Below, one piece after another: positions 1-11,572 of a stretch of 46,761 bases of DNA; position 1 is the first letter of the stretch, and the number at the start of each line of letters is the position of its first letter. The stretch comes from Octopus bimaculoides (taxonomy: Eukaryota). The position numbers and the translations under genes are program-made. The notes beneath the pieces were generated by a model, which saw nothing but the letters and a program-made list of their open reading frames with translations, was not told the origin of the DNA and ran no database searches. The stretch is from NCBI RefSeq assembly GCF_001194135.2, contig NC_068985.1, positions 99,096,248 through 99,143,008 on the forward strand, given 5' to 3'.

Positions 1-153
1 GGGGGATGAATGTTTATCACTTCCCTGGTTGACATTACCGATTTGTCTCAACAGCTGAATTCTGTCGACAGCCATTGATATTTTATATTGATGTTCAACT
101 AACATCGTCTGATAGAGACAAAACAACGTGATACTCTTATCTCTCAACGCCTT

Positions 154-171
154 GCTTTCCTCTCTACCCAG

Positions 172-234
<63 letters not shown>

Positions 235-236
235 CA
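154..236. repeat. (CT)n microsatellite
   Basis: Direct reading of ctctct run with few interruptions. Confidence 0.95.
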
Positions 237-861
237 TCTATTCTGTTTTGCTCACTAACTTCATTCGTTTCACTCACAGATTATAAAACAAATGGAAATC
301 GAACTTGATTCGTCTGCGTTAATTGGTTGAAATCCTATGTGTCATATTTAATTGGATGAGAGATGTAGGTCAAACAATGTTTATTTTTATTCACACGTTT
401 CTACCCGTCCCCCATCGCCTTCATCATATTCATCATTATTGGCTCTAATTGGATTTTACAGCTGACTAAAGGACAATGATTCGTTCACTGAAGCCATATG
501 GCCAACACATCAATAACTACCATAAAAGAATTAGTACAAGTATCAGGTATACTAGTTTAGCACGTTGATTTAGTAACAAATAGACTTAATGCCATGAAAT
601 AAAAGGCAAAGTCCAGTTTGGATTGTGGTTCTAACTACATCACTTTGTTGTACATTGTTAATGAATCTTGGATAGACATGGACACGTTCCTCTCTCTATA
701 CTGTTTCTGTGATTGAAACAATTTGAAGCAAACGTAGCTTTGAATAATCCTTTTCAGTAGGTTTACTTGTTTAAAAAGGAGAAATGTTATGGACCGGTTC
801 TTCTCCCAAGACGGCATAGTTTTCTACAGACACATGCACATACACAGACAGACACATGCGC

Positions 862-881
862 GCAGAGAAAGAGAGAGAGAC

Positions 882-945
<64 letters not shown>

Positions 946-1314
946 NNNNNNNNNNNNNNNNNNNNNNNNNNNNNNNNNNNNNNNNNNNNNNNNNNNNNNN
1001 NNNNNNNNNNNNNNNNNNNNNNNNNNNNNNNNNNNNNNNNNNNNNNNNNNNNNNNNNNNNNNNNNNNNNNNNNNNNNNNNNNNNNNNNNNNNNNNNNNNN
1101 NNNNNNNNNNNNNNNNNNNNNNNNNNNNNNNNNNNNNNNNNNNNNNNNNNNNNNNNNNNNNNNNNNNNNNNNNNNNNNNNNNNNNNNNNNNNNNNNNNNN
1201 NNNNNNNNNNNNNNNNNNNNNNNNNNNNNNNNNNNNNNNNNNNNNNNNNNNNNNNNNNNNNNNNNNNNNNNNNNNNNNNNNNNNNNNNNNNNNNAGAGAG
1301 AGAGAGAGAGAGAG
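862..1314. repeat. (AG)n microsatellite spanning assembly gap 946-1294
   Basis: AG repeats on both sides of the N-run; explains the RERE/SLSL ORFs. Confidence 0.95.
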
Positions 1315-2883
1315 TGGGGATGGAGCTTCGAATTGAGACTAGTCACCTGACATAGTACTCTTTAATTCTACATTCCTACCGTCCTTTACGGGTGGGTAAA
1401 TAGGACTTTTAAGCTTAAGGTGGTTAAGTCTCTTCACCACGGCGGACACAACTCATTACTGAGTCGTTGACAAGATGCTAACTGAGAAAAATCATGATTT
1501 ATTCTAATTACGAATCTCTCGATTCAATTATCTCCAGCTTCCTTGTTTTATTTTATCTTCTCCATAAATTGTTACAGTTCTTTGAATTGTAACAAATCCT
1601 TCTGACTATAACTTAAAGCTATTAACATTATTTTACTCTAGGGTGAACATCGGAATCCAAGGAAGCTGGCAATAGTTTGTGTCAGTTTAAATCACTCAAC
1701 CGTCTTCATAATTCACGTTCAGCGACTTGCCCGGAGCAATGCAATTCTTCCAGGTAAGATGTCGTGGTCGAGTAATGCGGCATGAATGTTTGGTTTAAGT
1801 TTTAGTCACCTTGGTCTTTCCTTAGCTGAAATGCCTCATCTGCGCCAGTCACGATTACAGATGATAGCAGAATTTCGCAAGCTAAACTGGTTGATGCTGG
1901 CCGTTGACAGGTTGTTGCTTCTTCATCTGCTCAGCATCAAGAGACATTCTTCATTGATTCTATAAATTCATTTACCGAAAATAGTTTATATCCACCATAG
2001 TTCATCCTATGATTTATGTGGTTAGATCTTATTTAATTCGTAGCTGGGAGCCTGGAAGGGGCTACTACTGTGGATCAGAGTAGATCTGGGTGCAATAATG
2101 GCTAAGATGTATTACTTTAATCAGCATCCGGTAGCGTTGCTCTGCTTCGGGAGTTCGAGCATGCTTAGGAGAGTGGAGTTAGCTTTTAACCACAATCGTT
2201 TCCAGAATCAATCATTAAGAAAGTTTAATTTAGGTATAGTTCATTTGCCGTGTGGGGGTATACAGGTTAATGTTTCAAGTACTTCCCTTTGCCTAAAACT
2301 GAAGAAAGAAAGAAGAATTGGTGCTCCTTTCTTGGACATTGTGCTCCTTTGTTCCCTCTGAGAGGAAGAGATTAAACCCAGACTTTCACTTTTCATGACA
2401 AATGAACTTTATTCACAATGAACTTCGCTTTTTTTTCTCCAATAAACATGGAATACTTTAAATTTAACAAAAAAAAAAAAAAGTAAACTAGAAGTTGTGA
2501 CATTAGTGATGCTAAATGAAATGAAAGTGCTCACGACTGGGAATTGAAACCGCAATGTAGTTTCAGCAGTGTGCTAATTTACTTCTGTATTCGTCCTTGA
2601 AATTCATAGAAGATTTATTTCTTATTCCGGTACAAAGACTATTATTGTAATGAAGGCGGTTATAGTCTATTGATTGTCACTTGTATATTGCATCTTCATG
2701 GTTTTATGGGTCCCAGAAGAATGGAAAGAAAACGAAAAAGAATTTGATGTAGAGGAAGAAACACAAATACGATAACAAAGGTCATCCAATACTCAATAAT
2801 TTGACATGAGAGGACTATAAAAGAAAAGATATGACCGGTCGAAGGAAAGTATATAATTAATATAGTATATATAATTAGAGTAG

Positions 2884-3181
2884 AATGCGGCTTAGTGGGT
2901 AGCGGTGCTAGGCTCCCGACCAGAATGTCGCGGGCTTGATGCCTGGGCGGTGCTTTGGATCCTTAAGCAAGGCTTTTCATTTCACGTTGTTCCAGCTGGA
3001 AATCAATACCAGCTGACTACTTGGGAGGCCCTCTTTTCCTCCAGCTGTAAAATTCTCGATAGATTAGAGGTAGACAGGCCAAGAGAGTGTCTATGTCTGC
3101 ACTTGATTACATAGGCACCTATGACAACGAAGGCATGGTACGTATTACCATATCATATTTACTTGTCAGTGATTGCTGCAG
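2884..3181 (+). mobile_element. Full-length tRNA-derived SINE (family C here) with 16-bp TSD
   Basis: tRNA-like head ggcttagtgggtagcggtgctaggctcccgacc and CORE-like stretch ggatccttaagcaaggc. Flanking direct repeats tatataattagagtag (2868-2883) and tatataattagtgtag (3182-3197), one mismatch. Confidence 0.75.
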
Positions 3182-4029
3182 TATATAATTAGTGTAGTTT
3201 AGTATGAAATGAATAATACGATAAATACATTGTGTAGAAAACCGTAAGAATTATTGGTGCATATTTTAGCACCGGATTTCGTAATATTAGGTCGTTAAGA
3301 GCTGAATATCCACCTATATAAGACGGCAGAATATCTGATATCTCTAGTTGATAGGTAGCTGAAGTGAGGCATGCCGATTATGGTGTTCTACGAAACCACG
3401 GATGGATATAAATCATGACCCTGGAGAATGCCGTCCAATAATTTATCTGCTCAATCATTTACAAGTGACGTTTTCCGCATTAAGTTTATGGTTGGCATAA
3501 ATATTATGTTGGCTGAGCTTCTTTTTACATCTGAATTGATATAAAAGCTAAATAAGAATTGTTAAGCTTTATCATGATTTATTCGATATAAACTGACATG
3601 TCCTGCAGTAAAACGTAAGTTGAATGCTCACGGGAATAAAAACATTAAAGAATATTAAAGAATTAAATGTCTGTCTTAAGTTTGTTCCTAGCTTGCTGCT
3701 CAAACAACTTAACTTTATCGGATATGCTAATCAGCGTAGGTGGTCAAGAGTTTAGTACTTTTGAAAATCTTCCCAACCGTGAGTGATTGAAGCTGTTGAT
3801 ATTCAATTTAAATATATGCATCAGTAAGTTAGTGTCCGCAAGATAAATTAAAACGAGTGTCATACTTTAAGAATAACTGTACAAAATAGTTAGTGCAGCT
3901 TCAGTTCCTGGAAGATGGCTGGTCTCATGCATTCGTTGTGGAAGCATCTTCTCCCACACTTCTCCTCAATTTTGTTTACGGTTGGTGCATCCAAACAACC
4001 TTTCTCTGTTCTAACCCACTTACCCAACT

Positions 4030-4345
4030 ATCTTATACTATAGCCCTGGGTCGACTGAAACCACATGGTCGGTTTTGGTCGGCAAAAAGCCCGTCGTATT
4101 TAAAATTTTTTTTTACTTGTTTCATTCATTAAATTGCGGCCATGCTGGAATACCTCGTTGAAGAATCTTGGTCGAACGACCCATCCCCAGTGTTTCTTTT
4201 TTTTAAATCCTGGTACTTGTGCCAATGGTATCTTTTGCCAAACTGCTAGGTTACAGAGACATAAACACAACAACACAAGATTGTCACATGGTAGTGAGCA
4301 GCTTGGGCAAGTGTCTTCTGCGATAGTCTCGGGCAGTCCGTCGTA
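4030..4345 (+). mobile_element. Two fragments of CORE-type SINE (family B here)
   Basis: actatagccctgggtcgac...aaagcccgtcgtat (about 4030-4099) and cttgggcaagtgtcttctgcgatagtctcgggc...ccgtcgtatat (about 4300-4345) match the copy at 17001. Confidence 0.6.
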
Positions 4346-4553
4346 TATATGTATATATATATATGAGAAAAAAGGAGAGCGACAGAGAGAGAGCATTGTT
4401 TTTTTTTTAAGCCAAACACTTCATTTCAACATTGCTGCAGTCCATTCAGGCGGTAAAGGTGAGTAATCCTGCAGCAGAGTGGCAAGCTTCTTACCATACA
4501 GCTATGCCTGTGCCTGTAATAGTATATTTGTTATTTCGAAAAACGAACCCCTT

Positions 4554-4768
4554 AAGGCGGTGAGCTGGCGGAAACGTTAGCACGCCGGGAGAAATGCTTA
4601 GCAGTATTTCGTCTGTCTTTACTTTCTGAGTTCAAATTCTGCCGAGGTCGACTTTGCCTTTCATCCTTTCAGGGTCAATAAATTAAGCACCAGTTGGCTG
4701 CCGGGGCCGATCTAATCGACTAGCCCCCTCCCACAAAATTTCAGGTTTTGTGCCTAGAGTAGAAAAGA
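4554..4768 (+). mobile_element. Full-length tRNA-derived SINE (family A here) with perfect 15-bp TSD
   Basis: A-box-like tggcggaaacgttag, B-box gttcaaa at 4630-4636, central gcctttcatcctttcagggtcaataaattaagcaccag, tail gtgcctagagtagaaaaga. TSD aaaaacgaacccctt at 4539-4553 and 4769-4783. Confidence 0.9.
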
Positions 4769-5029
4769 AAAAACGAACCCCTTTAAATAGTAATTCTAAA
4801 AGAAAATTGCCAATGATACTGACGCTACAGAGAAGTCAAATTGCCTCAGCTGCTTTGAAATGGCAACATGCTTTCAGATTGCTCGTAGTTTGCAGTTTGT
4901 TTCAGAATCATATAACATTAATTTCTTTTCGCTGCTGTTTACTCTAGACACACTTTAATAAAGACATCAATATCAAACATTGTCATCCCATCCATTCCCC
5001 TCGCTACTTCTCCCCATCTCTTTCTCTCA

Positions 5030-5340
<311 letters not shown>

Positions 5341-5724
5341 GTATAAAACAGGGAAATACGTAACTGATGCAAAAGTGAACGCTGTAGAACAAGTGGTATT
5401 AAATTTCCGGTGAGCAGAGTGCGCAATATAATAACAGACTTGATTCTCAGTGTTAAGCAAATTAACTTCCTTTATAGATGATAGCAGAATTTCACATTCA
5501 GAAAGGTGTGATTATCGCACACACCCATCCCCATCTCTTATAAATCTCTGGTCTCGTGTCCAAGTAACAAATCAAACTTGATTGCTATACACTATTTGCA
5601 GGCAAATATATACACAATGTCAAACGTGCTTCGTTGTGTTTGTTTTTTTTTTCTTCTAGTAGTGCCTCCAATCAATCGCGTTTGTGATAATGAAAGAAAC
5701 GCGATCGACGTAATAGTAATCATA

Positions 5725-5816
5725 AGCCCGGTGACCTTTGAGCTCTGAACGTAAAGTAGAAGGAAATGTCGCCACGAAATTTGTCCGGCGAAGTAACGAT
5801 TCCGCCCGCTCACCGC
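5725..5816 (-). mobile_element. Old diverged SINE family A head fragment
   Basis: tttgagctctgaacgtaaagtagaaggaaatgtcgcc...gtaacgattccgcccgctcaccgc aligns by eye with the family A head. Confidence 0.6.
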
Positions 5817-5832
5817 AATAATAATAATAATA

Positions 5833-5865
<33 letters not shown>

Positions 5866-5868
<3 letters not shown>

Positions 5869-6078
5869 TCTACAATAAGCACAAGGCCTGAAATTTGGGT
5901 GAAAGGGGCCAATCGATTAAATCGAAACCTAGTATGCAACTGGTACTTAATTTATCGACCCTGAAATGATGAAAGGCAAAGTCGACATCAGAGGAATTTG
6001 AACTCAGAACGTAACGGCAGACGAAATACCGCCATGCATTTTGCCTGGTGTACTAACGATTCTGCCAGATCACTGCCT
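5866..6078 (-). mobile_element. SINE family A, full length, with (ATT)n tail seen as (AAT)n at 5817-5865
   Basis: Reverse complement of the 4554 copy along its whole length. Confidence 0.88.
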
Positions 6079-6134
<56 letters not shown>

Positions 6135-6508
6135 ATGATAATAATAATAACAACAATGTTGAAGATGAACGTATGAGCGGTCAGCTTTGGCCGGACGACC
6201 GACACAAATGATTTGTTTACAGTGGTCAAATGTACGCGCCGGAGAGAAGCTCATTCTCTCCATCAACTCGACGTTGTCTTAACAGTAGCATGGTGCATCA
6301 CTCGTGAGGTGTTGAAGTGATCGTACACTATCAACAACAACCACAATAATAACAACATCAACAACAGCAACAATAACAACAACAACAATAATAACAATAG
6401 TTCCTTATTAATGTTGTCGATATTGCTTTTGTTTTTTTCTCACTGTTATAACATTTTGCATCTCCGTAAATTTGTCTAAATTATCACTGTTCTTTTTTTC
6501 TCAATCAG

Positions 6509-6573
6509 ATACTTGTTACACTGAATTCTTGTTAACAGTTTTGCAGCTCAGCTGTCTCGGTGTAAGCAAAAGT
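6509..6573 (+). other. Candidate short exon
   Basis: Acceptor tctttttttctcaatcag, donors gtaagc (6562) and gtaagt (6574), internal acceptor ttttgcag (6546). Open frame TCYTEFLLTVLQLSCLGVSKS. No homology recognised. Confidence 0.2.
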
Positions 6574-7662
6574 GTAAGTAATTTCTTTGTTTCACTCGAT
6601 AATGTGGGCGAAAACGCTGACGAATAGAAAATTTGACGGGAGAAAACAATTAGCAAATATAAACAAAATAAAACGCAAAGAGAAAAATATAACAATGATG
6701 GTGTCAACAACCGATATCAAAGAAGTGAAGAGAGAATGATGATAGACAGATCAAGATTAGAAGAGTTACCGAATATGAATAAAAGAATCAAGAATGCTAC
6801 CCATTGAAGGGCTAGCATGCTTGTTAACCCGTATCATTAAAACTATTAGCAAAGAAACACGGTCACTCCAGAAAATAGAAAACAATCATCATATCTGTTA
6901 AGGCAACGGATAGGATTCTTGGAGGGGTTAGCTAAGTTATGAGCCTGTAGGGTTCTGGTTATGGAAGCTAAATTCGTCGTTTATGCAGATGAAAATTTGC
7001 AGGCACCGATCTAGGAAACACATTAAGTGGAAAGTGTATCTGAAACATATGTAGATATTCATTGAGAATAAGCAGATGTAGTCATTAGTTTTCAAGTACA
7101 GTTTCTCGCAATTTGTTTCTTTAACAGGGATCAATCACAGGCCGAAACTGGGCGCCTGGTGCTTCAAATATTGCCAAGAACTGACTGCCCTTTTCCTGTC
7201 TGTCAATGTGGTCGGTGGAAAGTCCACACTAGCACCCTAGCAGTTTAGTCTAAGGACGAGCGGCCGAATTCTCAGAGACCGCTCTTTACTCCGTCTTATT
7301 GAGTGGTGAATATGATTCGCATGAATTGTGTTCTGATGTAGCCTGATTCGGTATCAGGTGCTGATTTTGTAGAATGAGTGCATTTCCGAGGCACAATGAA
7401 TTGCAACTGAATGCAATGTGAGTTGTGTGAACTGTAGGTGTTATAGTGTCAGGAGAATGTGTAAGAGAATGCATTGTGTTCCTTTGTTGGGCGATGATCG
7501 TGTTGCATGGGTTGTGTTATTTAACTGGGCGATTAATGTGTTGGACATGTGCAAAGAATGTACTACTGTGGTGTGCTATTGAATTGAAAGTATTTTACGC
7601 CAAGATATCCACGAGAAGTATTTAGCTATTTTCTGGCCATTTTTTTTTATTTTGCATTCCAG

Positions 7663-7670
7663 AATGACTG
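7663..7670 (+). other. Candidate 8-nt microexon containing ATG
   Basis: ttttttttattttgcattccag|AATGACTG|gtaagc: strong acceptor with TGC motif and strong donor. Confidence 0.35.
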
Positions 7671-9425
7671 GTAAGCCTTGCTTTTCAATATACCTGGTGA
7701 CATAATTGTTATGACGCTATTTTTACTTTCACCGCATTCTGTTACTTTTCAGTCCCGAGATTCTTTTATTTTGACAGTTTATCAACTTCCTTTTATACAA
7801 TGTTTAGGTCAGAAGGAACAGCAACATGAATCAGCATGCATGATCCCCCATCCCGCGCCCGGTCCTTCATTATTAAATCGGGATTGCTTTTCTTGACCTC
7901 GTTGTGAATTTGAATAAGCATGACCCAGTCGGTTGTAGTTCGATAGTTTGTGTGTACATATTTATAACATTTCTTCTACATTTTCACAAAAAATATCCTA
8001 TAAAATATACTAATAATTCAATGCTATCTTATCTTCACTACTCTCATATCAATATGAAATATGTATATGCTTTGTGATATAGTTTACCATATTGGACATC
8101 AGTCTTTTAATCAGTCTGACTTATATGAAAATATAGAGAACTTGTCCCTTGGAAGAAAACAAAATATAAATGTATGGCTTCGACTGAAAACAGTCATTAC
8201 AAAGCTTCTGCGTCACACCGGATAAATGTCACCGGTATTTTATTCAAAATGTCCTTAAAGAAAGATCAATAGATAGTAATCTTGATCTAACGAAATATTA
8301 GGGTGCCAGAAATGGTAGACTTTTCGATCTGATCGGTCAATATATTGATTTTTTATCTTTACCGCCTTTCGATAATTGGATCTTTCAGTACAGTAAAATA
8401 GTAAAGTAAAAAAAATTGTGTGTGTTTGTATTAGTAGACTGTAATCGTGAAGGAAGCTATCACATTCTATCAGTTTCAAATTATATTTGACAACAAATGT
8501 ATATCAGCTAATATTGATTTGTTATTTTGGCACAAGACCAGGGATTATTTATAAGAGATGAAAATAAGAGTGTGCAATCATCACTTTTTTTTCTCAATGT
8601 TATTATAGGCGTAAAGAAAGCAAACTTGTTTGAACCGAGGAACAAATACGTGTGGCTCTGGGCTCTCAGATTAGAGAGGAGATAAAATGGGATTGATTAA
8701 CAGTCATGATGCTTTTAATGTGAGCCTGCTGACAGCTGTGGAGAAGGAAAGCGGTATTATTACCTTAAATCCAAGCCAAAATCAAGTGGAAACCACAACA
8801 TAATTTCAAGTACTAGTTGAAGTAGCTACTTAACCTTACTTATAGTATTAACGTTTTGAGAATTTTTGCGTTGAATCATTTCTTTAACATCTTATCTCTG
8901 GAAATGTTCTTACAATTCACAATTCTTAAATCATTGTCCCCATATGCACCTTAGAGCAATTAGCTAACTGCATACCATTGTTATTAAGGACTACTCGACC
9001 CATTAGTCTCTTTAATCTCCATCTTCTGATTTAAACTCTTCTTCCCGTTATTCCTCTCTTCAGAACGACCTCCCCTCTATCATTACTTACCTACCTATGC
9101 TTATCTTGCAGATAGCCTTCTTATGCAGATTTTCTAATTGAGCATCAAAAACGCCAGACTCACTGGCTTCAGAAGATCTTCGAATATACCCGGTAGATAA
9201 CCATCTCCTCCCATGACAAACATACTTCATAAACTTACGACATATGAGATGCAAAGTATGAACAAATTAAAAATATATTTGAAATATCTAGAATTCCTTT
9301 TTAGTAGTTTTCCTTCTGTCAGCAGCAAAGTTTGGTTTTACAGCAGAACATTCTCAGTTTATACATAATAAATCATGGTAACGTTTCACTATTCTTATTA
9401 CTTACTTACTATATTAATTCAGGTG

Positions 9426-9712
9426 GATTTAAACATGAACAAGCAAGAAAAAGCACGAAAAAAAACACGAAAAAAACAACGCGAGAATGTGGAATAAGTA
9501 CAGTGTTATTGGACGCTCTGGAAAGGAAAGAAAGGAAAGAACATTCAACGTTTCGATCGGAGATCTTCGTCAGAAATATAGGAAAAGTCCTGAATGTTCT
9601 TTCTTTTCTTTCCTTTCCAGAGCGTCCAATAACACTGTACTTATTCCACATTCTCGCGTTGTTTTTTTCGTGTTTTTTTTCGTGCTTTTTCTTGCTTGTT
9701 CATGTTTAAATC
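9426..9712. repeat. 122-bp inverted repeat (arms 9426-9547 and 9591-9712, 43-nt spacer)
   Basis: Arms are reverse complements with one mismatch (G9534 opposite T9604). The mirrored ORFs 9487..9765(+) and 9409..9651(-) share the same N-terminal peptide. Confidence 0.97.
9541..9579 (-). ncRNA. Minimal type I hammerhead ribozyme motif (Penelope pLTR-like)
   Basis: Minus strand reads AUAUUU-CUGACGA-A-GAUC-UCC-GAUC-GAAA-CG-UU/GAAUGU. Intact core, 4-bp stem II, palindromic minimal stem III (AACGUU), 6-bp stem I with two G.U pairs. Predicted cleavage between 9547 and 9546. Confidence 0.8.
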
Positions 9713-9729
9713 GACCATATGTATATATA

Positions 9730-9908
9730 CATTCATATATGGGTACAAGACGTCAAAAAACATAAACAACATGAAATACGAAGACAGCTTGAAATAAGGA
9801 GACAAATTTAGGTATGCAAACAACGGGAAAAACAAATGGAAAACAAGACAAACAACATAAAAAACGATCCATCATCAGTTGGCGGCTGTCCATCTACTCC
9901 TCATTTCG
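9730..9908 (-). mobile_element. Possible further pLTR-like repeat unit next to the hairpin
   Basis: T-rich minus strand with ctgtcttcgt...tgttgttt, resembling sequence downstream of the hammerhead at 21850; contains CTGATGA at 9872-9878 but no complete fold. Confidence 0.3.
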
Positions 9909-9958
9909 ATATATATATATATATATATATATATANNNNNNNNNNNNNNNNNNNNNNN

Positions 9959-10010
<52 letters not shown>

Positions 10011-10477
10011 TATTCGTGTCATAGAACGAAGAAGAAAGACTTTCGGGAAATGCGATAGGGTAGGCAAGTTTTAATTCAATAGAAAAAATGCAAAAGACAT
10101 AAATATGATAAAAGAGTAAATAAGGCAATAAATAAAGCCGATTGGGAGACAATAGAATGGAATTGCAAGGATGGACTAAGAGACACTTGCAAGGAAAGAA
10201 TTTTCTGAACAAATAAAGCAGATGCGTCGAAGTGGATAGAAAAAGTAAATGAAAAAAATAAATAGATGAAACGCCGTTAATTAAACGACGTTAATTGAAA
10301 TGGCAGAGACATTCTTGGGTTTTCTTTAAGTTGTGCATTAACAATATCGGCAGTTTGATCAGTTGTTTAAAGAGGGGCGTGGCTAGTATTAATGGTGAGA
10401 GCGATGACGACCACGACGATTACGATTATGACGGTAAAGGTGACAGTGGTTGGTAGTTGTAGTAGTAGTGGTTTCAA

Positions 10478-10640
10478 ATTACTTCGACCCAGTGCATAAC
10501 TGGTTCTTATTTTTATAAGAAGATTAAAGGAAGATTTGACCCCGCGTGAATTTGAACTCAGAATGCAAAAAAAAAAAACAGACGGAATATCGCTAGGCAT
10601 TCTGTTTAGTGTGCTAATGACTGGTCCAGCTAACCGCCTT
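10478..10640 (-). mobile_element. SINE family A, diverged
   Basis: cgacccagtgcataactggttcttattt...gaatttgaactcagaatg...ccagctaaccgcctt. Confidence 0.75.
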
Positions 10641-10726
10641 ATAATAATGATAATAATAATAATAATAATAGTTTTATTGTTAAAAATAAAGCTACTGAAC
10701 AATAATAATAATAATGAGAAGAAGAA

Positions 10727-10758
<32 letters not shown>

Positions 10759-10842
10759 AAAAAGAAAAAAAAGAAGAAGAGGAAGAAGAAGATGAAGGGG
10801 AGGAAGAAGAAGAAAAAGAATAATAATAATAATAATAATAAT

Positions 10843-10898
<56 letters not shown>

Positions 10899-10920
10899 GA
10901 AGAAGAAGAAGAAGAAGAAG
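10641..10920. repeat. Compound (AAT)n/(GAA)n/(AAT)n/(AAG)n microsatellite
   Basis: Direct reading; explains the poly-I/N/K/E/R ORFs. Confidence 0.95.
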
Positions 10921-10924
10921 GGCG

Positions 10925-11365
10925 ACAGCAAATATTCTGCTCAATACCACAGGTTTACTTGTCAGTTGTTTGGCCTTAACAAGTTGAGCATGTCCCTTGG
11001 TGGCTGACGATGTGAGCATCTCTGATCACGAGCAGAAGTAGTGGGGGAGCATTATAGCCATGTGTTGAAAGGAATTCTTTGGGTTTGGATAATTCAACTC
11101 TGGAAACACGATTGTTTCGTTCAACATCCTTAAACAGCTCTTATTCAGGGATAAAATTTGAGTGGGATAGGCGACTGGACTTGAAGAAAATTCTAATTGG
11201 TTCTCACCTGCAAGTCCATGTGCTGTTTATTTTCATATGAGATCATCATGTCGCACACATATGGTTGTGATGCATGTCCCTGGTGCACCCTTATCAGACG
11301 GGTACACTGGGCTTTGTATATTTTACCAAAGTGTCACTCTGATGCCATGAACTGCTCTCTCACTC
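10925..11365 (+). mobile_element. Unclassified interspersed repeat (family E here), ends ctctctcactc-(AAT)n
   Basis: Clearly homologous to 40389-40743 over about 350 nt, with the same right end followed by AAT/ACT repeats. Confidence 0.8.
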
Positions 11366-11376
11366 AATAATAATAA

Positions 11377-11572
11377 ACCTTTCTACTAAAGGTGCGAGGC
11401 TTGAAATTTTGGAGGAGGGGTCTAGTCGACTACATCTACACCAGTGGTGAAGAGGTACTTATTTTATCAATCCCGACCTCGGTGGAGTTTGAACTGAGAA
11501 GGTAAAGACGGATGCGATGCCGGTAAGCATTTCGCCCAGCATGCTACCAATTTCCGCCAGCTCGCCGCCTTA
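11377..11572 (-). mobile_element. SINE family A with internal deletion
   Basis: cctttctactaaaggtgcgaggcttgaaatttt...gacctcggtggagtttgaactgag...ccagctcgccgcctt. Confidence 0.85.

Noticed and set aside
635-710. Possible minus-strand terminal exon KQYRERNVSMSIQDSLTMYNKVM
   Set aside because: Moderate acceptor only, no recognisable family and no partner exons.
1650-2300. Faint LINE-like peptides on the minus strand
   Set aside because: Motifs are too degraded and their order is inconsistent between endonuclease and RT readings.
3355-3405. CTGAAG...CGAAACCACGG as a possible hammerhead
   Set aside because: A9 is missing, stem II is irregular, and there is no UH site or stem I.
9868-9908. Minus-strand GAAA...CTGATGA as a type II hammerhead
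   Set aside because: No stem I or stem III can be formed between the motifs in this copy.
10269-10296. 14-bp direct repeat aaacg(c/a)cgttaatt with TAAT sites
   Set aside because: Could be a homeodomain site pair, but it is short and unsupported without conservation data.
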